Assembly: GCA_001774495.1 (NCBI GenBank)
Contig: MFAE01000006.1
Coordinates: forward strand, 69,356 to 133,355
Source: Candidatus Campbellbacteria bacterium RIFOXYC2_FULL_35_25
GTDB lineage: Bacteria; Patescibacteriota; Minisyncoccia; Phycocordibacterales; UBA12079
Direction: 5' to 3'
DNA: 64,000 nt
The position numbers were made by a program, and so were the translations under genes. Positions within the stretch are counted from its first letter, which is position 1. Each line of letters opens with the position of its first letter. Shown here piece after piece: positions 33,895 to 44,297 of the stretch. A model generated the notes under the pieces. That model saw only the letters and a list, made by a program, of their open reading frames with translations, was not told where the DNA came from and ran no database searches.

Positions 33895-36800
33895 TTAGAA
33901 TTCTCCTCCGTTGATAGGACAATCCGTAGGACAATTGAATGGGGTTTCTCCTTTTTCACAAGAGTAGTTGATGCAGAAAGCATTTTCGGTAGTAGGAGTG
34001 CCGTCAGTACAGCTGTCGTCTAGACCATCAATAAGACCGTCACCATCGTTGTCTAGCCCGTCGTTGCATTCGGTAATTATAGGGGTTTCTGTGTTATCAG
34101 CGACATTGCTACAGTCAGGATCTCCTGTTCCGTCGGTTTTGTAATCTATTTTCCCGTCAAAATCATTATCAATACCATCGCTACATTGTGTGGATCCGTC
34201 AGACTCATCATTGTCTAAATAGGAAGTACAACCGGAGTCAGCTCCATAATCTTTATTTCCGTCACTGTCATTATCGACGCCATCACTACATTGGGTAATA
34301 CCAATACTACCAACTGTTATTATAGACTCTTTGGTTACCCCACTCGTTGCTTTTAACTTTTCTTTTCCTGGCGCTTTTGGAGTAATTACTCGATTAGGAC
34401 CAACCATTGCTGAGTCAAAAGCATCATTGGTAACGATTGTGCTTGTCCAAGTAACAGAAGAAGTAACATCTCCAGTACTATCACCGCATCCTAGATCTGC
34501 GTTAAAACAAGCTCGAACATTGATAGGCACTCCGATAACCGCAACCTGATCTCCTTCAAACAAAATACCCGAGTTGCAAGAATCTTTACATATTTTCAAG
34601 GTGTTGGATGCTGGGACGGAATCAAACCAAACACAAACCGGTTCGATACTGTTGCCTGCTGTACTTTGTGCAGTCGCTGGATCCGCGTAAGCATTGTGAA
34701 AGGCCTCAACATAATTTACGCCTGCTGGTACAACAAAATTAGTGTTAACAACTCCTGACCAAGATGCCTCATTTACACCGTCGAGTAAGTCGAGAAGGGT
34801 GGGGTTCGTTTGTGCTAACAATCCTGTAGGAGGGAAAATCGTGGTGTTGTTAGATCTTAGGTTAACATGAAATTTTTCCCAAAATTGCCCAATGTTGGAT
34901 GAGCGGGTAAGGCCTCCATCATAAATCATCAAGCTTACGTTGTAATTTCCTGGAGGGACTGCACGAGAAATAATTTCACTAGCACTGTACACAGAACCGG
35001 AGGAACTAGCTCCTTGGAGGAAATCGACCACAACATCACCAGGCCCAGCAACGAAAGGACAGGCCGGTTTAGTGTATGCGCTTTCATGGTCATCCAAAGA
35101 ATTCGTACAATCAGGGTCCCCCGTTCCGTTAGATTTGTAATCTATTTTCCCGTCAGGGAACAATTCATTATCAATACCGTCATCGCATTCTACCGTGGGG
35201 TTTTGTTCGCTGGTATCTCCAGGACCAGAGCACCCTGGGTCGGCTAGGTCAGTTAAACCATCTCCGTCGTCATCAACACCATTATTACATTGGGTGCTTC
35301 CGACAATAGCAACTTCCACTGTTTTGTATGGGGTAGATTCACCCTGAGTATTTAAACACTTTAAGCCATAAGTTGTCGTAACAACAGGGGAAACAACTTC
35401 GGAATAACTCGTCCCTAGCATAGTCGCAACTGGACCAATCCATCCTGTATAAGTACATATAAGCATGGAGTCCGTAGTATCGATTTTCCACCTCAAATTA
35501 GCACTGCCCCCCGCAACAATAGGGCTATCAGTGGTCCAAAAACTTACATCAGGAGTAGTTTCATTCCCATCCCAAACACTTTTACACCCCGGATCGGTTG
35601 GATAATCTACTTTACCATCACCATCGTCATCCAAACCATTATCACACGCTGGGCCTGAAGCATTTTTCTCGCTAGGGTCTGTCGTGGCGGAACAACCCGG
35701 GTCACGTAACGCAGGAACAATATTGTAATCGGTTAAACCATCTCCATCGTTATCGATGCCGTCGCTACATTCCGTGGCAGATACAATAGTGACATCAATA
35801 GCACTACTTGCGTTGCTAGTGCTGTTTGCTACATTATAGACGATAGTAGCAGTACACCCAAGATACTGAGCTTGTGCAAGTTCCACTACGCTGTTTCCTG
35901 GACTGTTTTGAGCGGGAGTCCAAACTCCACCTGTGCCAGCGCCAGGACATGTGCCAGAAAGATAATATGTAGCACCCCACGATGTACCGCCGGTCGAGCT
36001 CCATTGTTTAGTATTACTTTGTCCAACAACAAGCGTTTTGCTCTTTAATCCGTCAATAGTAATAGAAGCAGTAACCGGAACAGGAGCAGTACATGTATTT
36101 GTATTTTTGCTCCACACCCCATTCACGCACGAATAACTACACGATCCACTATAACCAGAAGTACAAGTACCAACAGAACCAGAAGAGACTGAGGGAAGAA
36201 CACAACTACTGAGTGAAGTGGCTGGGCAGAAAACAGGAGGGGGTGGAGGATTTTGAGCTTTTACCCGTATTGAATCAATAAGTTTCGTTGACCCATCCCA
36301 TAATTCATAATAAGTTCCACAAGTCGAATCTACATTGTTATCCACGTAACTTCCGCCCAACTTACCTGTTGCTACAAAAAACAAATCAGGATATACACGC
36401 TCTAGAACACCAAGATTAGAAGCATTATATTCCCACGAAAGGGTGGATGAACAAACGGTATTGCCACCAACAAGAGTACATGGATTGGGGGTGGCTTTAA
36501 GAATTCCCTTATTTAATGTAGGAGCGGTACAATAATTTGGATTAACCGTACAAGTCTTGTATTTAGCGGATCCTGTAAACCCGCTAAGTGTACAGGTTCG
36601 AGTTTCGGTCTCACAAGGAGTTCCAAAATTAACAAACCAATCTTTATAGGGTGCTATTGTCCCTCCAAGTCCGCGATGTAAAGTACCGCCTGTTGGACCA
36701 TAAGTAAAAACACATTGAAAATAGCGCACTTCATATGGCACAAGAATTGATTTACCATTACCAGTAAAGGTAGCCTCAAAATATTTTCCACTACCATAAC

Positions 36801-38415
36801 CAGGAGCACCATCGAGATTCATTGGTGCCGGTATATAAACTCTTTTATAAACATTCGTACCGCCCCATAGAGATTGATGTACCAATATATCCTTTGTCTG
36901 TCCATTGGCGGTTACGCTCAAGTTTATATCGCCAGAATAAAGATTACTACACCAGTTTGCAGTAGCATTCCCATATATCTCCATAGTGTCTCCTTGAGTA
37001 TAAGGTCCGCCCATACTAACTGAATATGTCACTTCCCCATTAGTAAAGGTGTCTGCCTGCACCAAACTTCCGCTCGATAAGAAAATCCCGCCAGCCAGCA
37101 AAAGAAAGATTGCGACCGATAATCCTTTTCTTTTTTTGAAAAATATCATCATAAGAAAAAAAATCACAAAAATAATGACAAGAATGATGCCATATTTAAA
37201 AAATTGGCTTAACTGAGATTGCCCCGCTGGGACATTTTGACTTTCAATAGTAAAATCTTTTTTGTCCAAAATATTACCTTTATCATCCTGAATCGCAACG
37301 GCTATATTTGGATTTTGACAATTTACATTTATAGGCAATTCATAATCAACCGCGAATGAAGCTTGGTCCATTTCTTTTTGTACAGTCGCGCAGACTTTAT
37401 TTTGCGTATTTTTAATAGCAATATTAATCAACATCTTGCCATTATCTGTTTCCCCTAATCTAGAATCAGGGAAATTGTCGGCTGAAGAGGCCCAGAGTAA
37501 CGAGACTTTGGCTATGTCGCCTTTTTGATAATAGTCTTTGTCTAGGCGTAAATTTTGAATAGTGGCACTCAATCCACGAAGCACATAATGAAAAGTAACT
37601 TTATTAGAAATGTTTTGATTTTGGTCATTTACAAACTCTAAAACGACCTCATAAGCTTGAGGAGCTTTCGCTTTGGGTAGGTTAAAAGAAAGCTGTTTTT
37701 TTTCTTTCTTACCCAACGTCACAGTTGGTTGATTTTCCAAATTAGTGTTCACCTCTTGACCAAAAGTAGTACGCCAATAGGTTTTGAACTGTGGAGTAAT
37801 AGTAATTGGATTGTCGGCGTGATTTGTTGCGTCGCAAATAGCAATGAGTGTTTCTTCTGATGTGATGTCCACCCCTTGGCTTGATGTGTATTTTTTATAT
37901 CCGGCCTCTCCTTTCACAGTTAGATAACAAGAATTTTGGTCTATTTCTACATACTGATTATTTCCGTTAAGAATTGCTTTGCCGGGGTTAGTTAAAGCCA
38001 ACATGAGTCCATTTTTATTTTTGGCAACCAGCCAGATTTCAAACTCTCCACTTAGATAACTGGGAGCATTATAGTCAATTTCTTTATGCACAGTTTGATT
38101 TTCATTCAGTGTAACTGATTCATCATAAATTTTTTCATCCACAATAACTTGTGACCCCGCTACATTTTTAATCAATTGAACAGCATATGCTACATCCGGC
38201 TGAACATTAACACGATTGGAAAGATCAAAAGACAACTTAAAAGAATTTCCCTCTTGAGAAACTATCTGAGCACTGTAGATATTAACTGTCGCCACCACAA
38301 CGAATTCTTGCGAGTCTGGATTTAAGGGAGGAGTTTCCTCTACTTGTGCAGAGGCAAAGGATGTTAAGCCTAGAACAATTATGGAAAAGGCTACAATTAA
38401 TTTTAATTTCTTCAT
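33895..38415 (-). CDS. giant (1506 aa) Cys-rich surface protein with Ca-binding CxDGxDNDxDG repeats
   Basis: Signal peptide. An internal TM and a signal-peptide-like segment follow at about residue 410-450. Multiple CSDGIDNDGDGLTDY repeats. Ends in ...NCPTDCPINGGEF. Paralogous domains are shared with the next gene. Confidence 0.6.
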   Translation of the reverse strand: MKKLKLIVAFSIIVLGLTSFASAQVEETPPLNPDSQEFVVVATVNIYSAQIVSQEGNSFKLSFDLSNRVNVQPDVAYAVQLIKNVAGSQVIVDEKIYDESVTLNENQTVHKEIDYNAPSYLSGEFEIWLVAKNKNGLMLALTNPGKAILNGNNQYVEIDQNSCYLTVKGEAGYKKYTSSQGVDITSEETLIAICDATNHADNPITITPQFKTYWRTTFGQEVNTNLENQPTVTLGKKEKKQLSFNLPKAKAPQAYEVVLEFVNDQNQNISNKVTFHYVLRGLSATIQNLRLDKDYYQKGDIAKVSLLWASSADNFPDSRLGETDNGKMLINIAIKNTQNKVCATVQKEMDQASFAVDYELPINVNCQNPNIAVAIQDDKGNILDKKDFTIESQNVPAGQSQLSQFFKYGIILVIIFVIFFLMMIFFKKRKGLSVAIFLLLAGGIFLSSGSLVQADTFTNGEVTYSVSMGGPYTQGDTMEIYGNATANWCSNLYSGDINLSVTANGQTKDILVHQSLWGGTNVYKRVYIPAPMNLDGAPGYGSGKYFEATFTGNGKSILVPYEVRYFQCVFTYGPTGGTLHRGLGGTIAPYKDWFVNFGTPCETETRTCTLSGFTGSAKYKTCTVNPNYCTAPTLNKGILKATPNPCTLVGGNTVCSSTLSWEYNASNLGVLERVYPDLFFVATGKLGGSYVDNNVDSTCGTYYELWDGSTKLIDSIRVKAQNPPPPPVFCPATSLSSCVLPSVSSGSVGTCTSGYSGSCSYSCVNGVWSKNTNTCTAPVPVTASITIDGLKSKTLVVGQSNTKQWSSTGGTSWGATYYLSGTCPGAGTGGVWTPAQNSPGNSVVELAQAQYLGCTATIVYNVANSTSNASSAIDVTIVSATECSDGIDNDGDGLTDYNIVPALRDPGCSATTDPSEKNASGPACDNGLDDDGDGKVDYPTDPGCKSVWDGNETTPDVSFWTTDSPIVAGGSANLRWKIDTTDSMLICTYTGWIGPVATMLGTSYSEVVSPVVTTTYGLKCLNTQGESTPYKTVEVAIVGSTQCNNGVDDDGDGLTDLADPGCSGPGDTSEQNPTVECDDGIDNELFPDGKIDYKSNGTGDPDCTNSLDDHESAYTKPACPFVAGPGDVVVDFLQGASSSGSVYSASEIISRAVPPGNYNVSLMIYDGGLTRSSNIGQFWEKFHVNLRSNNTTIFPPTGLLAQTNPTLLDLLDGVNEASWSGVVNTNFVVPAGVNYVEAFHNAYADPATAQSTAGNSIEPVCVWFDSVPASNTLKICKDSCNSGILFEGDQVAVIGVPINVRACFNADLGCGDSTGDVTSSVTWTSTIVTNDAFDSAMVGPNRVITPKAPGKEKLKATSGVTKESIITVGSIGITQCSDGVDNDSDGNKDYGADSGCTSYLDNDESDGSTQCSDGIDNDFDGKIDYKTDGTGDPDCSNVADNTETPIITECNDGLDNDGDGLIDGLDDSCTDGTPTTENAFCINYSCEKGETPFNCPTDCPINGGEF

Positions 38416-38425
38416 GATTTTGTTT

Positions 38426-38541
38426 TAATAATTAATGATTAGTTTATAAAAAATTCTCCAAAGAAAATATCTCAAAGAATTTGTCTTTGTTTCTTCTAAT
38501 TATATCCCTTTAATCTTTTTGTGTATATTCTTAACTGTGGA
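38426..38541. repeat. exact 116-bp repeat (copy 2)
   Basis: See copy 1. Confidence 0.85.
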
Positions 38542-38615
38542 ATAAAAAATTCTCACAGAAATAACAAAAAACCTTTGTCTTACTTCAGACAAAGGTTTTT
38601 TGTTTAAATAATTTT

Positions 38616-41600
38616 TTAGAATTCTCCAAATAATGTAAAGCAGTCGGTGAAACAATTAAGGAAGTTTTCTCCTGCTTCACAAATATTGTTTCCACAAACA
38701 CTTGGTGGGGGGGCGCAGGTTGTGGCTGTGCAGTCGGAGGCACATCCGCCAGGAGGAACACATGTGGCTCCGTTGTTTACTCCTAGGTCGCATTCTTCTG
38801 TCCCTTGTTTAATACCGTCTCCGCACTGGTAAAGACCTAGCATATAAATCTCACCACCAAGAGAATAATCAGAACTAACATTGTCCTCCAATATATAAAA
38901 GGAAAAATCACCGAATTCATTATAAGCAGTATTGGTATATCTTATTTTCTGAATGCCTCCATCATTTATAACGGATGTCGTCCCATAATGAGCTGGCGTT
39001 GCAGTAATGGTGACCCCAGTTGTGTGATTGTAGATGTCATTTGCTAATACATTGATATCAATTGTTTCTCCTTCGTTTATATAAACGACATCTGGGAGGG
39101 CCTTAACATTTGGTGACTCTTTATCATCAGTAGGAGAATCACAATCAGAGTCTTGCATGTCATACAATCCATCTTCATCATCATCAATTCCGTTATCACA
39201 TTGAAGATTACTCAACTCACTATCGTCGGTGGACGATGAACAACCTGGATCAATTGCTTTAAATAAAGCACAGATTGGGATAACGCTGTTAGCACTTGAA
39301 GTATCAAGATAAGCTGTATGAATAGACCTAATATTGGTTATTCCGTCAGGAACAGAGAAATTAGTATTAACTGTTCCTATCCAAATATCGCTAACAACAT
39401 TATCGGCTAAGTCTGGAGTGCTGGCGGTTGTTTTTACTTGCCCACTATCATTTCTTAAGGAAACATAAAACTTTTCATTGGGTTGAGTGACGCTTACACG
39501 AGTACTGTAACCATCGTAAGACATTAATTTAACATTATAATTACCTGAGGGGATGGCTTTAACAACTTGTTCATAGTAAGGAATAGTATCAGACCGGAGT
39601 CCTTTTGTGAAATTAAAAAGAACGTCCTTACTCCCAGCCACAAAAGGACAAGCTGGTTTAACAGGAGGATCGGGAGGAACAACTACGGGATCAGCATCTA
39701 CCTTAAAATCAGTGTACCCATCTCCGTCGTTATCTATACCGTCATTACACTGAGTGGGTACTGTGATATTGGCTTCTTTCGGTGTTCCGCCATTAGACAC
39801 TGTTAATTTTTCTGTTCCTACCGCATTAACTGTAATTACTTCATTAGGAGAAACTGTAGCAGAATCAAAAACATCATTAGGATTAACTTGGCTTCCCCAA
39901 ATAGCAGAAGTTGTTGTAATATCACCAGTAGCACTACCGCACCCAGAATCAAGATTAAAACAAGCTCGAACATTTATAGGTGTTCCAATTGTTGCTGTTT
40001 GGTTTCCTTCAAACAAAATCCCCGAGTCACAAGAATTTTTACATATCTTTAATGTGTTTACAGCAGTGGAACAAGTAGCACATTTTGGATTTTTAGAGTC
40101 AGATGGGTTTTCACCAAATTTTAACCAACCAATAACATCGCCCCCCCAAGCATACCCAAAAATATCTTTAGTATCATCATCAAAATAAACACCATAAGGC
40201 TTGGGAACAGCTTCTGTAGTTTCCCCACTAAATTTTATCCAACCGTCCCAGCCGTTAAGAGAACCGGATTTCCCAACCATAGAATAAATATCGGAGGACT
40301 TCTCTCCTCGATTTAAACAATTACCAAACGTATCACATGATATAAATTCGCCACTGTCTAAGCCAATCCACAGTTCGTCATCTAAAACAGCCATAGAATA
40401 CATCCCTCTGTTTGTTTCTTTTGTGCCAAGATTGGTACAGTTTCCAGATAAATTACAAGAAAGTAAACCATCATACAGCATCCCGAGCCATAATTTATTA
40501 TCAAATACTTCCATCGACTTAACAGAGTCTCCTTTGTCTCCAGCATTGACGCAACTCCCCAAGGAATCACATGATTGAAGAACTCCATCACCCATACCAA
40601 TCCATAATTTATTATTAAATACTGCCATATTCTCGATGGTGCTTACCCCCTTACTTCCATGATTAACACAGTTCCCGGATGAATCACAAGACAGCAAAAC
40701 CCCACCAAAAGATCCAAGCCATAACTTGTTTGCAAACACTTTCATTCCGAGTATATTTCCTCCTTTAGATCCATGGTTCACACAGATTCCCGATGAATCA
40801 CAGGACCTTAGTGTGCCATCTGCCCCACCTACCCAAACCTTGTTATTAAACAATTCTATTCTACCAACGGCATTAACTGTATTTATGTACGAGACACAAT
40901 GCCCAAACATATCACAAGAATATAACTTACCGCCCACAGGTACCGCCGCCCAAATCTTATTGTCAAAAATTTTTATATCTTTCATAGAAGAACCCCCCAC
41001 AAGGTATTCCTCGCACCCACCTAAAAAGTTACACTTTCTCAATGTTCCGTTCCCCTGTGCTGTCCACAACTCACCAACAAAAGGAGAAACCTCAACAACA
41101 ACATCAATAGAATTTCCTTTGTCGCCATGATTAGTACAGCTTCCTAGTGAGTTGCATGATTGTAAAGTTCCATCACTGTGACCAAGCCATAATTTGTTGT
41201 TAAACTCTGACACATTATTTATACGGGAACCCTTAATTCCATGATTAGTGCAGACTCCGGATGAGTTACACGACCGTAGCTCCCCAGAATCCTGGCCAAG
41301 CCATAATTTATTATCAAAAACCTCCAAAGAAGTTATAGGACTTCCTTGAAGAGTGTCATTAGCATTTGTAATTTCTTCCTCAAACTCAGTATACGACCGT
41401 AACCGGCCATCCTCTTGCCCTATCCATAATTTATTATCAAAAATCTCTATTGCGTTAATTGATGCCCCTCTATCGCCTAAGTTAAGGCAGGAACCGTCAT
41501 TATAACATAACTGCAAAATACCATCAGATTGCCCGAGCCAAAGATAATTCTTAAACACTTTCATAGCCTTAATTGCCACTCCTTTATCGCCGTAATTTAC

Positions 41601-42317
41601 ACAATTTCCCAATCTATCACAACCCAATAAACTACCATCACTCTGTCCAACCCATAACTTTCCATTATACTCTAGTAAACTACTGGCGGAAGAACCAAGA
41701 TATCCATAGCTAGTAAGCCCACCTAATGTACCAATAGATTCGAAGTGCCCTGTTTTAAGACCTACCCATATTCTGTTATTAAATATTTTGGCGCTATCTG
41801 GACTTCCTACTAAAGATTCAAAAAAAGTACATGACCCTGTGGAGTCACATTTTTGTATAATTCCTCCCTCTTGGATAATCCAAAGTTTATCTCCACCCCA
41901 ATCACCAGCAAAAGCAGCAGTCTCGGTTCCGATTGGGTCACCAGCTACAGCCCTCGCCCAACCAGTCAACCTACCGTCGGACTCAAGCCAAACCCCATGC
42001 TGTGGATTTTCTGGAAAACCAAAACCACCATCACTTGGGTTAAGATCAATCCAACCAATGTTACTGCTCCAAGCATAAGAACCAGGAGACACTTCCCCCA
42101 CCTTTAAATTCATTCCGTAATCTGTCGCAGTTACTTCACTGCTGGAATTAAGACTAACCCAACCAATATTGCCACTCCATGCAAAACCAGTGGTATTTTG
42201 GGAAGAACCAGCATCAACATTTAAAACATGACTTGTAAAATTAAAGAAAAAAACAAAAACGGCTACAAAAATAAAAGCCTTTAATATTTTATTATTTTTC
42301 AAATTTTTAATTAACAC
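38616..42317 (-). CDS. giant (1233 aa) surface protein with about 12 beta-propeller-like repeats and Ca-binding repeats
   Basis: Signal peptide; repeated FDNKLWLGxxDGxLxSCxxxGxCxNxGxKG units; CNDGIDNDGDG motif. C-terminus ...NCFTDCFTLFGEF is homologous to the C-terminus of the 1506-aa protein. Confidence 0.6.
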   Translation of the reverse strand: MLIKNLKNNKILKAFIFVAVFVFFFNFTSHVLNVDAGSSQNTTGFAWSGNIGWVSLNSSSEVTATDYGMNLKVGEVSPGSYAWSSNIGWIDLNPSDGGFGFPENPQHGVWLESDGRLTGWARAVAGDPIGTETAAFAGDWGGDKLWIIQEGGIIQKCDSTGSCTFFESLVGSPDSAKIFNNRIWVGLKTGHFESIGTLGGLTSYGYLGSSASSLLEYNGKLWVGQSDGSLLGCDRLGNCVNYGDKGVAIKAMKVFKNYLWLGQSDGILQLCYNDGSCLNLGDRGASINAIEIFDNKLWIGQEDGRLRSYTEFEEEITNANDTLQGSPITSLEVFDNKLWLGQDSGELRSCNSSGVCTNHGIKGSRINNVSEFNNKLWLGHSDGTLQSCNSLGSCTNHGDKGNSIDVVVEVSPFVGELWTAQGNGTLRKCNFLGGCEEYLVGGSSMKDIKIFDNKIWAAVPVGGKLYSCDMFGHCVSYINTVNAVGRIELFNNKVWVGGADGTLRSCDSSGICVNHGSKGGNILGMKVFANKLWLGSFGGVLLSCDSSGNCVNHGSKGVSTIENMAVFNNKLWIGMGDGVLQSCDSLGSCVNAGDKGDSVKSMEVFDNKLWLGMLYDGLLSCNLSGNCTNLGTKETNRGMYSMAVLDDELWIGLDSGEFISCDTFGNCLNRGEKSSDIYSMVGKSGSLNGWDGWIKFSGETTEAVPKPYGVYFDDDTKDIFGYAWGGDVIGWLKFGENPSDSKNPKCATCSTAVNTLKICKNSCDSGILFEGNQTATIGTPINVRACFNLDSGCGSATGDITTTSAIWGSQVNPNDVFDSATVSPNEVITVNAVGTEKLTVSNGGTPKEANITVPTQCNDGIDNDGDGYTDFKVDADPVVVPPDPPVKPACPFVAGSKDVLFNFTKGLRSDTIPYYEQVVKAIPSGNYNVKLMSYDGYSTRVSVTQPNEKFYVSLRNDSGQVKTTASTPDLADNVVSDIWIGTVNTNFSVPDGITNIRSIHTAYLDTSSANSVIPICALFKAIDPGCSSSTDDSELSNLQCDNGIDDDEDGLYDMQDSDCDSPTDDKESPNVKALPDVVYINEGETIDINVLANDIYNHTTGVTITATPAHYGTTSVINDGGIQKIRYTNTAYNEFGDFSFYILEDNVSSDYSLGGEIYMLGLYQCGDGIKQGTEECDLGVNNGATCVPPGGCASDCTATTCAPPPSVCGNNICEAGENFLNCFTDCFTLFGEF

Positions 42318-42321
42318 AAGA

Positions 42322-42609
42322 TTAATTTTTTAGATTATTGATAATTTCTAGTTTCTCTTCGTTAGAAAGATTTTGTTCTGATGAAAGTTCACGAATAGTT
42401 TTGCCCTTCTGTTCTGAGTTAGCTTCACTAGTATCCTTGAGTAATGCATCTATTATTTCCATCTTCTGTTCTTCTGTTATGGGTTTCTCAACAGTCTGTT
42501 TTTGGGGTAGTAAAATAAGTACTATTAAAACAATAAAAAGAAAAATTCCAATGCTAATAAAAATCTTTTTTCCTTTTGATAAATCTTCAATAATATTATT
42601 TATTGACAT
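42322..42609 (-). CDS. small membrane-anchored hypothetical protein
   Basis: One TM segment; sits immediately upstream of the giant protein gene (4-nt gap). Confidence 0.35.
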   Translation of the reverse strand: MSINNIIEDLSKGKKIFISIGIFLFIVLIVLILLPQKQTVEKPITEEQKMEIIDALLKDTSEANSEQKGKTIRELSSEQNLSNEEKLEIINNLKN

Positions 42610-42752
42610 GCCTAAAGTATATCTTTATAAACTTTTTATGTAAATTGAAAACTGTGAATTGATTCTTTTTAAATAATATGTTAGTATTGTTTTTGTAAAA
42701 GATTCGCCCGTGACGGCGGATTATTTTTTTAAAAACTTTTAACAAAACTTAT

Positions 42753-44021
42753 ATGTTTGATTTAAAAACAATAAATGCTGTCCTAGAGCAACTAGAACAG
42801 GAAAAAGGAATACCTAGGGAAAAAATCATCGAAGCGATAGGGATGGCTCTTGCGAGTGCTTACAAAAAAGAATACGGGCAAAAAGGCCAAATTATAAAGG
42901 CAGATTTTGACATAAATACAGGAACAGCCAATTTTTCACAAATAAAAATAGTGGTTGATGATTCTATTGTTCGGCTAGAAGGAGAAGATGAGGATGAAGA
43001 AGAAATTGAAGAAGATGAGGAAGGGGAAGAAAAAAAACCACGTTTCAACCCAGAACAGCACATCATGATAGAGGATGCTCAAAAAATAAAAAAGAATGCA
43101 GAATTAGAAGAAGAAATTGTTTTCCCGCTAGAACCAAAAGATGATTTTGGTAGAATTGCTGCTCAAACCGCTAAACAAACAATCATCCAAAAAATAAGAG
43201 AGGCTGAAAAGTCTTCTGTTTTTCATGAATTTGGAGGAAAACAAGAAGAAATCATAAGTGGGACAGTTCAGAGAATAGAAAGAGGTAATATTTTCGTAGA
43301 CTTAGGAAGAGCCACTGGAATTCTTCCTTATGAAGAACAAATCCGAAGTGAAAAATACAAGCAAGGAGAAAGAGTTAGGGCTTATCTTTATTCGGTAGAA
43401 GAAACCCCTAAGGGAATATTTTTAAGACTATCCCGAACTCACCCTCAATTTCTAAAAAAACTTTTTGAAATAGAAGCTCCAGAAATAGCCAGTGGAATAG
43501 TAGAAATAAAAGCAATTGTAAGAGAAGCTGGTTCTCGTTCTAAAATTGCCGTATTTTCACACGATGAACACATCGACCCGATTGGTTCACTAGTTGGTCA
43601 AAGAGGAGTTCGTGTTTCAACAATAGTGAGCGAACTTGGTGGAGAAAAAATTGACATAATTGAATGGTCAGAGGATATCAAGAAATTCATAGAAGATGCT
43701 CTGTCCCCTGCTAAAATAGTAAGCATTACACTAAATGAGGATGAAAAAACTGCTTTCGTGGAAGTTTCTGAGGACCAACAATCATTAGCTATTGGAAAAG
43801 GAGGGCAAAATGTTAGATTGGCTGCTAGGCTAACTGGATGGAAGATTGATATAAAAGGGATTGGCGGTAAAGAAACTGGTGAAGAAAACAAAGAGGACTC
43901 AACAAAAGGTGAAGAAGAAGAAATTTCAGAAGAGGTAGTTTCTAATGAGGAAATTAAGGAAGATGAGGTAAAGATTTCAAAGGAAAGTGCTACTGATAAA
44001 AAAGAAGAAGAAACTCTTTAA
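42753..44021 (+). CDS. nusA: transcription termination/antitermination protein NusA, with acidic insertion and tail
   Basis: N-terminal domain, S1 domain and two KH domains (GQRGVRVS, GKGGQNVRLA). E/D-rich insertion at about residues 75-100. Confidence 0.9.
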   Translation: MFDLKTINAVLEQLEQEKGIPREKIIEAIGMALASAYKKEYGQKGQIIKADFDINTGTANFSQIKIVVDDSIVRLEGEDEDEEEIEEDEEGEEKKPRFNPEQHIMIEDAQKIKKNAELEEEIVFPLEPKDDFGRIAAQTAKQTIIQKIREAEKSSVFHEFGGKQEEIISGTVQRIERGNIFVDLGRATGILPYEEQIRSEKYKQGERVRAYLYSVEETPKGIFLRLSRTHPQFLKKLFEIEAPEIASGIVEIKAIVREAGSRSKIAVFSHDEHIDPIGSLVGQRGVRVSTIVSELGGEKIDIIEWSEDIKKFIEDALSPAKIVSITLNEDEKTAFVEVSEDQQSLAIGKGGQNVRLAARLTGWKIDIKGIGGKETGEENKEDSTKGEEEEISEEVVSNEEIKEDEVKISKESATDKKEEETL

Positions 44022-44297
44022 TAAAAACATCTGGAGAAAGGCCAAGCACTAGGTGTTTGGCCTTTTTCTATAAAATTTAAGAATAATTTAGACTATCTCT
44101 ATCAACAGCAAATTTTTGTTAAAAATTTTTTTGGTGTATAATTAAAGATAGTTAGAAAACAAAGGCTTTTTTATTCTGATTAGATTGATCGTTGAAAATT
44201 AAAAACCCAAAAATTACATCTTAAGTTTATTTAAAATAATAAAATATAAAAATAAATAAAACTCTTTACTTATTTTTATTCGTCCTCACTTAAAATT

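Noticed and set aside
33895-38415. Splitting the 1506-aa ORF into two genes at the internal signal-peptide-like segment
   Set aside because: There is no stop codon or frame change between the parts in this sequence. The split is reported as an observation, not annotated.
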